Part shown: positions 1-9,941 of the stretch, one piece after another | Layout of the letters: the number at the start of each line of letters is the position of its first letter | Numbering within the stretch: position 1 is the first letter of the stretch | Assembly (NCBI GenBank): GCA_965223905.1 | Contig: CBDCXV010000011.1 | Span: forward strand, 224,001-288,000 | Direction of reading: 5' to 3' | Origin: Candidatus Latescibacterota bacterium | GTDB taxonomy: Bacteria; Latescibacterota; UBA2968; UBA8231 | DNA length: 64,000 nt | Notes under the pieces: generated by a model | What the model was told of the DNA's origin: nothing | Seen by the model: only the letters and a program-made list of their open reading frames with translations | Database searches by the model: none | Position numbers and translations under genes: made by a program

Positions 1-116
1 GGCGCTGGGGCGATCCGGATGACCTCAAGGGGGCCGCGGTTCTGCTCTCCTCCGCAGCTGGCGACTACATTCACGGCCACCTGCTGGTAGTCGACGGAGG
101 CTGGTGCGCCCGGTAG
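1..116 (+). CDS. SDR oxidoreductase, KduD/gluconate 5-dehydrogenase-like (3' fragment, runs off window)
   Basis: Frame from nt 3 reads RWGDPDDLKGAAVLLSSAAGDYIHGHLLVVDGGWCAR*, a typical SDR C-terminus; TAG at 114-116. Confidence 0.8.
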   Translation, partial: RWGDPDDLKGAAVLLSSAAGDYIHGHLLVVDGGWCAR

Positions 117-129
117 CTCAGGAATCCTC

Positions 130-996
130 ATGCACAGCTACAGCTGGACTCTCTGCTTTCTAATGGTATTAGCCGCGCTGGCCTCCACCGGGTGCGGTTA
201 CGCCCGCAGCAGCCTCGCAGGATCCCTGATGGCCGATGTCGCCGCGGCAACGGCGAAACACGATGACGTCACGCTTGTTTCCCAGGCAGTTCCGACGTTC
301 CTGCTGCTGCTTGAGGGAATGATCGAAGAGGACCCCGACAACCGCAGGCTCCTGATCGAAGCTGCAAAGGGGTATACCAGCTACGGTGTCCTCGTCGAGG
401 CCGAAGATCCGGAGCGCGCGCACCGGGTCTACAGCCGGGCAATGGATTTCGGTCGCCGGGCAGTATTGGGTAACGACCGCGCCGCAGGGCTCTTAAATGC
501 CCCCTACCGGGATTTCGCAAAAATCACCATAATCCTCGACAGGAAAGACCTAGAGGCTGTTTTCTGGACAGCGAGCGCTTGGGGAGCATGGATCAGCCTG
601 AACACCGGATCGATGGCGGCACTGGCGGATCTCCCGCGCGTTATACTGTTGATGGAATGGGTGCTGGAACAGGACGAAACCTATCAGGGCGGCAGCCCTC
701 ACATCTTTCTCGGCGTCTACCACGCCGCCCTCCCGCCGATGCTGGGAGGCAAACCGGAGAAAGCCCGGTTCCATTTCGAGCGGGCCCTGGAATTGACGGA
801 GGAGCAATCGGCCATTGTTTTCGTCCAGATGGCCAAGTTCTACGCGGTGCAGCAATTCGACAGAGAACTCTACGTCTCCCTGCTGGAGCGGGCTCTCGCC
901 ATTCCAACCGGCTCGGCCCCGGAGCTGACCTTGCAAAACGAGGCTGCCCATCGCCAAGCCCGCCGGCTACTGCTGGCAACCGACGATATTTTCTAG
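130..996 (+). CDS. TRAP transporter TatT (T) component, TPR-like lipoprotein
   Basis: Lipobox-like STGC; helical repeats; motif PPMLGGKPEKARFHFERA typical of the TatT family; directly upstream of dctPQM. Confidence 0.85.
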   Translation: MHSYSWTLCFLMVLAALASTGCGYARSSLAGSLMADVAAATAKHDDVTLVSQAVPTFLLLLEGMIEEDPDNRRLLIEAAKGYTSYGVLVEAEDPERAHRVYSRAMDFGRRAVLGNDRAAGLLNAPYRDFAKITIILDRKDLEAVFWTASAWGAWISLNTGSMAALADLPRVILLMEWVLEQDETYQGGSPHIFLGVYHAALPPMLGGKPEKARFHFERALELTEEQSAIVFVQMAKFYAVQQFDRELYVSLLERALAIPTGSAPELTLQNEAAHRQARRLLLATDDIF

Positions 997-1174
997 AGTG
1001 AAAAGTCGCTTTGAAGGAGAAGGCGAACGCCTGTCTGGGACTGTATCGCCGTCACAAGCCGGGCGTCCAAGCCGAATCAACTTTATTTCGCCGCGGCCAG
1101 CAGCCAGTCTCCGACTCAACCCGGAATCGGCGAAATGGGCGACTGAGTCTGACCACGATTCTCCGAAAAGAGCT

Positions 1175-2236
1175 GTGGATACTACCCCAAAGACACCAGT
1201 CTGCATAGCGACCTCAGACCGCGCTACACGCAAGTACCTGATCTCCGCGACGGCGGCGATAGCAATCGGCCTGACGGGTCTCGCCCATGGCCAGACCCTC
1301 AAAATCGCCACCTTGGCTCCCGATGGGAGCGGCTGGGTGCAAACCTTTCGCGACATCGACAGCGAAGTGAGAGAACGCACGGAAAACAAGGTGCGCCTGA
1401 AGATCTATCCGGGAGGCGTCCAGGGTAACGAGGACGTGATGATCCGTAAAATCAGGGTCGGACAACTGCACGGCGGTGGATTCGGGGGAACCGGCACCAG
1501 CACGATCTTTCCAGACGTCCTCGCCCTCGAGATCCCCTTCCTGTTCGAGGGCTACGACGAGATCGAGCATGTCCTTGCCGGGACCCAGGAGTATTATCGC
1601 CGCGGGTACGCCGGCAAGGGCTACATCCTCCTCGGGTGGTTCGATATCGGTTTCGTGTACCTTTTCTCGCAGCAGCCGATCGCCGGGGTAGACGACATTC
1701 GCGGTCTGAAGGTCTGGCGGCTGCAGGGTGAGCCGGTAAGCGAGGTCCTGTTCGCCAAGATCGGCGTAACCTCCGTGCCGCTGTCGATTCCCGATGTGCT
1801 TCTCGGCTTGCAAACCGGCCTCGTCGAAGTGGTTTACACCTCCCCGGCCGCGGCGATCGTGCTCCAATGGTTCACCCGCGTCGGCTACTATACGACCCTG
1901 CCGATCAACTACGTTCTCGGCGCCTTCCTCGTCGACCGCCGTGCGTTTGCCAAACTCTCGGAGGAGCATCAGCAAATCCTCCAAGAGGTTTCCGAGCGCC
2001 ACATCCGCTCACAGAGGATTCTCAACCGCTCAGAAAACGAGGATGCCCTGCGAGTGATAACCGACCACGGGGTTGTCGCGGTGGACTTTCCCGCTCTGGA
2101 GGTCGAACTGTTCAAGCAGGTTGTAGCCCATTCATTGCCCGAGCTCAAAGGTCGCGCCTTCTCGGACGAATCATACGAAATGGTTCGAAGATATCTGGGC
2201 GAGTACCGGCATCGTCAGGGCGAGGCCCAACCATAG
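1175..2236 (+). CDS. dctP: TRAP substrate-binding protein (TatP/DctP type)
   Basis: LKIATLAPDGSGW, KIYPGGVQGNE, LQTGLVE motifs. ORF track starts at 998; in-frame GTG at 1175 is a more plausible start (uncertain). Confidence 0.9.
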   Translation: MDTTPKTPVCIATSDRATRKYLISATAAIAIGLTGLAHGQTLKIATLAPDGSGWVQTFRDIDSEVRERTENKVRLKIYPGGVQGNEDVMIRKIRVGQLHGGGFGGTGTSTIFPDVLALEIPFLFEGYDEIEHVLAGTQEYYRRGYAGKGYILLGWFDIGFVYLFSQQPIAGVDDIRGLKVWRLQGEPVSEVLFAKIGVTSVPLSIPDVLLGLQTGLVEVVYTSPAAAIVLQWFTRVGYYTTLPINYVLGAFLVDRRAFAKLSEEHQQILQEVSERHIRSQRILNRSENEDALRVITDHGVVAVDFPALEVELFKQVVAHSLPELKGRAFSDESYEMVRRYLGEYRHRQGEAQP

Positions 2237-2246
2237 GGGTAGGGTT

Positions 2247-2735
2247 ATGTCGGATTACCGGGCTCCCTGGCACCGCATCGAAGACGGCGTCCTCGCCCTC
2301 CTGACATTCTCCCTCGTCCTGCTGGCGGTGGGTGAGATCCTGTTGCGCAACCTGTTCGGGTTGACACTGCTGTGGGGGGATCCGGCAATCCGCCACCTTG
2401 TGTTGTGGGCGGGTTTCGTCGGCGCGGGCGTGGCCGCCCGGAGTGGCAGACATCTGCGCATTGACGCTGTTCTGCGGGCGCTGCCCCCTCGCCTGCGGGA
2501 GTGGGCGGACGGCCTCGGTTCTCTGTTCGCATGCGGGACCTGCATCCTTCTCTGTCACCTCGCCGTGCGTTTCGTCAACGACGAACGGACCTTTGGCTCC
2601 GCCGGCGATCTCGCCGTGCCAACCTGGGTGCTTCAACTCATCTTCCCCGTTACCTTCGCCGTCCTCGCCTTCCGCTTCGGAGTGCAGGGCTGCAGAAACT
2701 GGCTCCGGGCAAAATCGCCGGATGAAGGTCCGTGA
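2247..2735 (+). CDS. dctQ: TRAP small permease
   Basis: Four hydrophobic segments, GRHLRIDAV motif, position between dctP and dctM. Confidence 0.9.
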   Translation: MSDYRAPWHRIEDGVLALLTFSLVLLAVGEILLRNLFGLTLLWGDPAIRHLVLWAGFVGAGVAARSGRHLRIDAVLRALPPRLREWADGLGSLFACGTCILLCHLAVRFVNDERTFGSAGDLAVPTWVLQLIFPVTFAVLAFRFGVQGCRNWLRAKSPDEGP

Positions 2736-3988
2736 CCGCCCTCGCCGCGGTCCTGCTCGCCGCTTCCGGCACCCCGCTGTTCGTCATCATCGCCGCGCTG
2801 GCCTTGGCCGGCTTTGCTGCCGGCGAGCTCGATCTCACCATCCTCTTCATCGAGATGTACAGACTCGCCGACACCCCGGTGCTGTCGGCGATACCGTTGT
2901 TCGCCTTTACCGGCTTCCTCCTCTCTCACAGTGACGCCGCGCGGCGTCTGGTGCGGCTCTCGGAGGAGCTGCTGGGTTGGCTTCCGGGCGGTCTGGCGAT
3001 CATGGCCCTGACAGTTTGTGCGTTGCTGACGGCTTTCACCGGGGCCTCGGGAATGACTATCGTCGCCCTCGGGGGGCTACTGTATCCGGCCCTGAAAGCC
3101 GCCCGTTATCCAGAGCGGTTTTCCCTCGGCCTGCTGACGACCTCCGGCTCGCTGGGACTGCTGTTCCCTCCAAGCATACCGCTCATCCTCTACGCAATCG
3201 TCGCCGAAGCTCCCGTAGATCAGCTTTTCGTCGCCGGGATACTTCCCGGCCTCATGCTGGTACTGGCCCTTTCGATCTACAGCTACATGGTCGGGAGGCG
3301 AACTGCACCGGACCGGCGGCATGCGTTCTCCGCAACCCGCGCCCTTCGGGCAGTGCGCGCCAGCGCTTGGGAGCTCCTTCTGCCGCCGGTGGTAGTAGCC
3401 GGCATCTACGGCGGCTACATCGCAGTGAGTGAAGCGGCTGCCCTGAGCGCGCTCTACGTCTTCATAATCGAGGTCGCCGTCCATCGCGAAATCCCGCTGC
3501 GCCAACTGCCTGCCATCGCGCGCGATACCATGGTCCTCGTAGGCAGCATCCTCATCCTTCTCGCCGCGGCATTGTCATACACCAACTACGTCGTCGACGC
3601 CGAGATCCCCACGCGTCTGTTGGCCTTCATCCAGGGGGAAATCTCCAGTCGCTTTCTGTTTCTCATTCTGCTGAATCTCTTCCTGCTGGCAGTCGGCTGC
3701 ATGATCGACATGTTCGCCGCCCTCGTAATCGTCGTCCCCCTGGTCCTGCCGATCGCCGCCGCCTACGACGTCCACCCCATTCATCTCGGCATCATTTTCC
3801 TGACCAATCTCGAAATCGGGTACTCGACCCCACCAGTAGGCATCAACCTCTTCATCGCCAGCGCTCGGTTCGACCAATCCGTGCTGACCCTCTACCGGGC
3901 ATCACTCCCCTTTCTCGGGATTTTGCTGGCCGCCCTGTTGGTCATCACCTACGTGCCGGAATTAAGCCTGCTTTTCGTCGGCAAATAG
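2732..3988 (+). CDS. dctM: TRAP large permease
   Basis: AIPLFAFTG, SGSLGLLFPPSIPLILY, TPPVGINLF motifs; GTGA overlap with dctQ. Confidence 0.93.
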   Translation: MTALAAVLLAASGTPLFVIIAALALAGFAAGELDLTILFIEMYRLADTPVLSAIPLFAFTGFLLSHSDAARRLVRLSEELLGWLPGGLAIMALTVCALLTAFTGASGMTIVALGGLLYPALKAARYPERFSLGLLTTSGSLGLLFPPSIPLILYAIVAEAPVDQLFVAGILPGLMLVLALSIYSYMVGRRTAPDRRHAFSATRALRAVRASAWELLLPPVVVAGIYGGYIAVSEAAALSALYVFIIEVAVHREIPLRQLPAIARDTMVLVGSILILLAAALSYTNYVVDAEIPTRLLAFIQGEISSRFLFLILLNLFLLAVGCMIDMFAALVIVVPLVLPIAAAYDVHPIHLGIIFLTNLEIGYSTPPVGINLFIASARFDQSVLTLYRASLPFLGILLAALLVITYVPELSLLFVGK

Positions 3989-4034
3989 ATTGAACCGGCG
4001 ACGCTGGCTCCCAGCCAAGGAGGACACCTCAAGA

Positions 4035-5243
4035 GTGGCAAAGATAAAGGAGATTCGCTGCATCAGGAGCCGGGCGGGCGGGCATTGGGTCATCGTAAAG
4101 GTGATCACCGACCAGCCAGGCCTGTGGGGGATCGGTTCCGCAAACGACTACCACCACTCTTCTGCCGTGGTAACGGCCATGGAAGAGGTGGTTGCCCCCC
4201 GTTTGATCGGCCGCGACGCCGCTGATATCGAGGATATCTGGCAGAGCACCAACACCAGCGCCTACTGGCGCAACAGCTCGATTCTCAATGTCCTCCTCGG
4301 AGGCATCGACATGGCACTGTGGGACATCAAGGGGAAAGAGGCCGGCATGCCGGTCTACGAACTGCTCGGTGGGCGCTGCCGCACCGCTGTGCCCTGTTAC
4401 GCCCACGCCAGCGGGAACGATTTCGAGAGCCTCGGCGATGATATCCAGCGCTACCTCGAAGAGGGGTATCCCGTGGTCCGCTGCCAGATGGGCGGGTACG
4501 GAGGGGGCGGTTTCATCGAGTCGGAGCGCGCCGGGCGGCCGAAAGGCGCCTGGCCGGCCGCCCAGGTCTTCGATGACGAGGCGTACCTGGAAACCATCCC
4601 GAAAATGTTCGAACACCTCCGGGCGAGGCTCGGTTTCGGGCCCAAACTTACTCACGACGTGCACGAGCACCTCAGGCCGCAGAGCGCCGTGGCGCTGTCG
4701 AAGCTGCTGGAACCCTACCGCCTGTTCTTTCTCGAAGACGTGCTGCCGCCGGAACAGATCGCCTGGTTCCGGATGATCCGAGAGCAGTGCACGACTCCGC
4801 AGGCGATGGGTGAGTTGTTCGTCAACCCTCACGAGTACGTGCCCCTAATATCCGAGCGGCTGATAGACTACGTGCGCGTGCGGGTGTCGAAGGCAGGTGG
4901 GATCACCCCTTGTCGCAAGATCGCCGCCCTGTGCGAATTCTTCGGGGTTCAGACCGCCTGGCAGGAAGGAGGTGACAACGATCCCGTGAACCAGGCGGCT
5001 GCAATGCATCTCGATATGGCTTCCCCCAGCTTCGGCATTCAGGAGGAGAACCACTTCAGCGAAGAGGAACTCGAAGCCTTCCCAGGCCATGCAGTGCTGG
5101 AAGGCGGGTACCTCTATCCCAGCGACAACCCCGGGCTCGGCGTCGACATCGACGAGGAGAAAGCATCTGCCCTTTTCGACAGGCCTCGTCCGAGTTACGC
5201 CGCCGAGGATCGGCGTGCGGACGGTTCCGTGGTGCGCCCGTAG
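4035..5243 (+). CDS. Enolase-superfamily acid-sugar dehydratase (ManD/RspA-like)
   Basis: IDMALWDIKGKEAGMPVYELLGG; metal ligands in HDVHE, FFLED, MGE; C-terminal RRADGSVVRP. AGGAGG upstream of GTG 4035. Confidence 0.88.
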   Translation: MAKIKEIRCIRSRAGGHWVIVKVITDQPGLWGIGSANDYHHSSAVVTAMEEVVAPRLIGRDAADIEDIWQSTNTSAYWRNSSILNVLLGGIDMALWDIKGKEAGMPVYELLGGRCRTAVPCYAHASGNDFESLGDDIQRYLEEGYPVVRCQMGGYGGGGFIESERAGRPKGAWPAAQVFDDEAYLETIPKMFEHLRARLGFGPKLTHDVHEHLRPQSAVALSKLLEPYRLFFLEDVLPPEQIAWFRMIREQCTTPQAMGELFVNPHEYVPLISERLIDYVRVRVSKAGGITPCRKIAALCEFFGVQTAWQEGGDNDPVNQAAAMHLDMASPSFGIQEENHFSEEELEAFPGHAVLEGGYLYPSDNPGLGVDIDEEKASALFDRPRPSYAAEDRRADGSVVRP

Positions 5244-5273
5244 TTCCCCGTGCGTTTCCGGTCGCGTGCGACT

Positions 5274-6671
5274 ATGGCGCTCGAGGGCGGTTTTTCCATC
5301 GGGAAGGTCGTCCCATCCCTCCTCGCACTGGCCCTGCTAGGTACCGGGCTTGCGGCCCCTTTCGATCTCCTTTCTCCTGCGGCCCAGCGCTCCCTCGGGG
5401 TGACTGTCTGCGCGGTGATCCTTTGGACTGCGCGGCCGATTCCGATCGAGCTGACCTCCCTCCTCCTGCTGCTGCTGATACCTTTGACGGGGCTGCTCTC
5501 CTTCAAGGAGACTTTTCAGCCGTTCGCCAATCCCGCGGTCTGGCTCGTATTCGCTGGTCTGGTGATCAGTCTTGCGCTCAGCTCATCGGGGCTCGATCGC
5601 GCCCTTGCAGCGAGGGCGAGGTGCGTGTTGGGAGGCAGCAGGTTTCGCCTGCTCGTTTCACTTCACGCCCTGGGCTTGGCCGCCGCGATCCTCATCCCTT
5701 CCGGAGTCGTGCGGGTCATGCTTCTGGTGCCCTTCGGCGTCGCCCTGATCGAGGGCGACCGCGGCAAAAACAACCCTCTTCTCGAAGCGACCATTCTGCT
5801 GTCGCTGGTCTGCAGCACCTACTACGGGGGCTGTGGCATCCTCACGGGGGCGGTGCCCAACCTCGTGGTCGCCGGACGGTTGGAAGAGGCAACCGGTCGC
5901 GTTCTCTTCTGGGGGGAGTGGCTGCAGTGGATGTTTCCCGTCATCGGTGTCATGCGCACCTCCCTCTGCGTCGGAGTGGTCTGGCTCCTTTTCGCACGCC
6001 GTCTGGCCCCATCCGACTGGGGACAGGAGCTGAGGACCCCTGCTCCCCCCCTGGACAGAAGCCAGCGCCGCATGCTTGGGATCCTGCTTTCGGGGGTAGC
6101 GCTGTGGGCGACCGATTCACTGCACCATGTGCCCCCCGTGTACATAGGACTCGTCCTCGTGGTTGCGTGCGTTCTGCCGCGGTGGGGACCGCTTCGCGTC
6201 AGTCAGATCCGCGAGGCCAATCTCCCCTTCCTGTTCTATCTCGTGGCGCTCTTCGGGATCGGCACGATCCTGCAACAGAGCGGCTTCACCGGGCTCGCCC
6301 TGGACTACATGCTTTCCCGCGCCGACATCGAGTCGCTCCCGGTGCCGGCGCAGCACCTGGCGATAACCGCAGTGGTGCTGCCCCTGGATTTCCTGATGGA
6401 TATCGCCGCGGTAGCGGCCGTGGTGACCCCGACCATGCTCGAATTCGGCGGCCTCCTCGGACTATCACCGGTAGCCGCGGCCATGAGCGTCGCCATGGCC
6501 ACGACCCTCGTTTTCCTGCCGTACCAGTCCGCGCCTTTCATGGTCGCCCTCGGGTCCGGGCGTTTCACCATGGGACAGCTCGTGGCTTGCATGATGACCA
6601 TATCCATTTTCTCTGCCCTGGTGTTGTGTCCCCTCAACGTCCTCTACTGGCACGCTTTCGGGTTGATCTGA
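5274..6671 (+). CDS. SLC13/DASS-family anion permease
   Basis: About 12 TM segments; ILIPSG..R, LTGAVPNLV and LPYQSAP hairpin motifs. Confidence 0.8.
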   Translation: MALEGGFSIGKVVPSLLALALLGTGLAAPFDLLSPAAQRSLGVTVCAVILWTARPIPIELTSLLLLLLIPLTGLLSFKETFQPFANPAVWLVFAGLVISLALSSSGLDRALAARARCVLGGSRFRLLVSLHALGLAAAILIPSGVVRVMLLVPFGVALIEGDRGKNNPLLEATILLSLVCSTYYGGCGILTGAVPNLVVAGRLEEATGRVLFWGEWLQWMFPVIGVMRTSLCVGVVWLLFARRLAPSDWGQELRTPAPPLDRSQRRMLGILLSGVALWATDSLHHVPPVYIGLVLVVACVLPRWGPLRVSQIREANLPFLFYLVALFGIGTILQQSGFTGLALDYMLSRADIESLPVPAQHLAITAVVLPLDFLMDIAAVAAVVTPTMLEFGGLLGLSPVAAAMSVAMATTLVFLPYQSAPFMVALGSGRFTMGQLVACMMTISIFSALVLCPLNVLYWHAFGLI

Positions 6672-6866
6672 CAGGCTATCGGTGCCTTTCTGCCGCTGGC
6701 GACCATCGATTTCAATGGTTATTATCTGCCACCATGGTTGCAGCTTGCCCCAGGTTCCGGATCGGCTCCAGCCAGGTAGTTTCCGATGTGGCTCATGCGG
6801 CTTCCCGTGTCGTCTCTCCCCTCCCCTGCTACAACATCGAAACACCACAATCGCAATGATCGCCCG

Positions 6867-8294
6867 ATGACGGTCCGCGTTGCCAACGTTCTGGCATCTC
6901 GCTACGCGAGCCAGTCGTTGTGTTATCTGTGGTCCGAACGCGGCAAGATTCTGCTCGAGCGAGAGCTGTGGATAGCCGTGCTCAAGGCACAGCGCGATCT
7001 CGGCCTCGACGTTCCCGCAGCAGCTATCGACGCGTACGAGCGCACAAAGGAACAGATCGACCTCGTTTCGATCCGCCGGCGTGAAGCCGAGTCCAGGCAC
7101 GACATAAAGGCGAAAATCGAGGAATTCTGCGCCCTGGCCGGTCACGAGCAGATCCACAAGGGGATGACCAGCCGCGATCTCACCGACAATGTCGAGCAGT
7201 TCCAGATCCTCAGAAGTCTACAGCTCATCGCGCCGAAGTACGTCCACCTGCTCGACTTACTGAGCCGGCGCAGCAGCGAGTGGCAGACCCTCGCCGTCGT
7301 CGGTCGCACCCATCACGCCGCGGCCCAGCCGACCACCATGGGCAAACGGCTTGCCATGTTCGGCCAGGAGATGGTGATCGCCTTCCGCCGGCTCGAGGAA
7401 CTGATCGAGCGCTACCCCCTTCGCGGATTGCAAGGGGCAGTAGGTACCGGCCTGGATCAATTGACCTTGTTCGAAGGGGACGTCGACAAGCTCTCCCGGC
7501 TGCAGCAGAAGGTTTTCACCTATCTGGGGTTCCGGGGACAGCTCATCGCGGTGGGCCAGATCTATCCCCGCAGCCTCGACTTCGACGTCATCAGCTGCCT
7601 TTACCAACTAGGGGGCGGCATCGCCAATCTTGCGCGCACCCTGCGCCTTATGGCGGGAGCGGAAACCGCGACGGAGGGGTTTGCGGAAGGTCAGGTCGGG
7701 TCCTCGGCCATGCCGCACAAGATGAACACGCGCAGCAGCGAGCGCATCAACGGGCTGGAGGTTGTCCTTTCCGGGTACGTGCAGATGGCGGCCGGGATGG
7801 TCGGCGACCAGTGGTTCGAAGGGGACGTCGCCTGCTCCGTGGTGCGCAGGGTAGCCCTGCCCGACTCCTTTTTCGCTTTCGACGGCATGGTCGAAACCGC
7901 CCTGCACGTGGTTGACGACATGGGGGTCTACCCGGGCGCCCTGCAGCGGGAGCTGGAGAAATACATGCCCTTCCTTTCCACCACCACCCTGCTGATGGAA
8001 TCGGTGCGACGGGGTGCCGGTCGCGAGCAGGTCCACGAGGCGGTCAGGGAACTGGCTGTCGACGCCGCCCTGCGCATGCGGGACGGCCGTGAAACCGACG
8101 GCAGCGGGCTGGTCGAGCGGCTCGGAGAGGACGACCGCATTCCGCTGACGACCCGGGAGATAGAGGAGATTCTCGGCAATCGCGATTTTGTCGGCGGTGC
8201 CCCCGACCAGGTGAGCCGCTTCAACGCGGAAGTCGATACTCTCGTCAAACGCTATCCGGAATCCCGGGAAGTCTCGAAAGGCCGCCTTTTGTAG
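6867..8294 (+). CDS. purB: Adenylosuccinate lyase
   Basis: Fumarate-lyase signature GSSAMPHKMN, IHKGMTSRDL, GRTHH..AQPTT; start at ATG 6867 (MTVRVANVLASRYAS). Confidence 0.95.
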   Translation: MTVRVANVLASRYASQSLCYLWSERGKILLERELWIAVLKAQRDLGLDVPAAAIDAYERTKEQIDLVSIRRREAESRHDIKAKIEEFCALAGHEQIHKGMTSRDLTDNVEQFQILRSLQLIAPKYVHLLDLLSRRSSEWQTLAVVGRTHHAAAQPTTMGKRLAMFGQEMVIAFRRLEELIERYPLRGLQGAVGTGLDQLTLFEGDVDKLSRLQQKVFTYLGFRGQLIAVGQIYPRSLDFDVISCLYQLGGGIANLARTLRLMAGAETATEGFAEGQVGSSAMPHKMNTRSSERINGLEVVLSGYVQMAAGMVGDQWFEGDVACSVVRRVALPDSFFAFDGMVETALHVVDDMGVYPGALQRELEKYMPFLSTTTLLMESVRRGAGREQVHEAVRELAVDAALRMRDGRETDGSGLVERLGEDDRIPLTTREIEEILGNRDFVGGAPDQVSRFNAEVDTLVKRYPESREVSKGRLL

Positions 8295-8308
8295 GCGGCC
8301 TTTTTATT
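8277..8308 (+). terminator. Intrinsic terminator overlapping the purB stop
   Basis: Perfect 11-bp stem AAAGGCCGCCT / AGGCGGCCTTT with a 5-nt loop, running into a T tract. Confidence 0.75.
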
Positions 8309-8347
8309 GGCGCACAACCAGTTGGAAACCAGGAAGGGGCAAGCTGG

Positions 8348-9091
8348 ATGAAATACGGACGGGTCTTGTTGAAGCTGAGCGGGCGGGCGGTTTCGGGGGA
8401 GCGGGAGTTCGGATTCTCTCCCGAGTCACTGGAGCATATTGCCGACGAGATCCTCGCCCTGCATGCCCGGGGGGTTCAGATCTCGATCGTTATTGGGGGT
8501 GGCAACATCTTTCACGGCCATCTCGCCGCACAGTGGGGAATCGAGCGCGCCGAGGCGGACAACATCGGCATGATGGGGACGATCATTAACAGTCTGATGT
8601 TGCGAGGCGTCCTCAAAGGGCGCTCCAACTCATCCGTTGAAGTCCGCGTCATGACCGCCATCCCCGTCAACACGGTCGCCGAACCGTTCATTCGTCTGCG
8701 CGCCATCCATCACCTCGAAAAGGGCTACATCGTCATCTTCGCAGGCGGTACCGGCAACCCTTACGTCACCACCGATTACACCGCGGCGCAACGAGCCCTC
8801 GAAACCCGTTGCAACGGTCTCCTTTTCGCAAAGAACAGGGCACGCGGGATCTTCACCGCCGACCCACGGAAGGAACCGTCCGCCCGCATGTATCGCCGCA
8901 TGAGCTATGATACGATCCTGCGAAACAACCTCACAGTGGTCGATCAGCAGTCCGTCATCCTTTCCCGGGACCACCACCTGCCGTTTCACGTCTTCGACTT
9001 CGCCGAAAAGTCGACGATCGCGCGCCTCTGCTGCGGCGACACCGAAACCGGGACGTTCGTAGGGGATGTCGAAGAGGACATTGTGGCGTAA
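8348..9091 (+). CDS. pyrH: UMP kinase-family protein (divergent paralog)
   Basis: RVLLKLSG, VIGGGNIF, FAGGTGNPYVTTD, AAQRALE; not in the usual rpsB-tsf-pyrH-frr context. Confidence 0.85.
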   Translation: MKYGRVLLKLSGRAVSGEREFGFSPESLEHIADEILALHARGVQISIVIGGGNIFHGHLAAQWGIERAEADNIGMMGTIINSLMLRGVLKGRSNSSVEVRVMTAIPVNTVAEPFIRLRAIHHLEKGYIVIFAGGTGNPYVTTDYTAAQRALETRCNGLLFAKNRARGIFTADPRKEPSARMYRRMSYDTILRNNLTVVDQQSVILSRDHHLPFHVFDFAEKSTIARLCCGDTETGTFVGDVEEDIVA

Positions 9092-9284
9092 GGCCTGTTT
9101 TCCGGCAGGACTCGGGGCTGCTCTGTTACCTCCTGGCACGGCAACATGCTTCCTGGCTTGCAGCGTTATCCATTCCCGGCGGGAGACAGCGCCAGAACGG
9201 TTGAATCCTTACAATTCCTGATATGGACCGGTAGTCTCCGTCGGCGGTTTCACGCCGACCCCGCAGAAACGAAGGAGGAACGAA

Positions 9285-9941
9285 TTGTCAGCGGCTGAGA
9301 GCAAGGCAACCAACATAACTTGGCACGAAGGCCACGTGGCGAGGCCGCAGCGAGAGGCTCGACTCTGCCAGAGCGGCGTACTTGTCTGGCTCACCGGACT
9401 TCCCAGTTCCGGAAAGAGCACCATCGCCTTCACCGCCGAACACGCACTCGCCGCCCGGGGCTTCCACGCCTATGTCCTCGATGGGGACAACATCCGCCAC
9501 GGCCTCAATTCAAACCTGGGCTTTTCCGCGGCGGACCGCGCTGAAAATATCCGCCGCATCGGCGAGGTGGGTAAACTGTTCGTCGATGCCGGTATCATCA
9601 CGTTGAGCAGCTTTGTGAGCCCCTACCGGGAAGATCGCGACCATGTGCGCGCCAGTCTCGGGGAGGGAGACTTCCTCGAGGTCTTCATCGACACCCCTGT
9701 GAAGCTCTGTGAGGAGAGGGACCCGAAGGGGCTGTACGCCAAGGCCAGAGCGGGTGAAATCCCGAACTTCACCGGGGTATCGGACCCGTACGAGCCTCCC
9801 GAAAATCCCGAACTGGTGATCTCCACGGCATCGTGCAACCCTGAAGAAGCAGCTGCCATGCTGCTCGACCTGCTCGAGGGGCGCGGCAAGACCGGCCCGC
9901 CTCCTCGGAACCGCGGCGGAGATGGCGATGTCTCTGGTTGA
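9285..9941 (+). CDS. cysC: Adenylyl-sulfate kinase
   Basis: NITWH, P-loop GLPSSGKST, LDGDNIRHGL, RDPKGLY, FTGVSDPYEPP; AAGGAGG RBS before TTG. Confidence 0.95.
   Translation: MSAAESKATNITWHEGHVARPQREARLCQSGVLVWLTGLPSSGKSTIAFTAEHALAARGFHAYVLDGDNIRHGLNSNLGFSAADRAENIRRIGEVGKLFVDAGIITLSSFVSPYREDRDHVRASLGEGDFLEVFIDTPVKLCEERDPKGLYAKARAGEIPNFTGVSDPYEPPENPELVISTASCNPEEAAAMLLDLLEGRGKTGPPPRNRGGDGDVSG

Noticed and set aside
5423-6859. 478-aa alternative-frame ORF (and similar ones such as 10690-11631, 20558-21628, 13839-14864)
   Set aside because: Arg/Pro/Gly-rich shadow frames overlapping well-supported genes, as expected at high GC.
9134-9150. TGGCACG...ATGC sigma54-like motif upstream of cysC
   Set aside because: GG-to-GC spacing is 11 rather than the required 10 nt.
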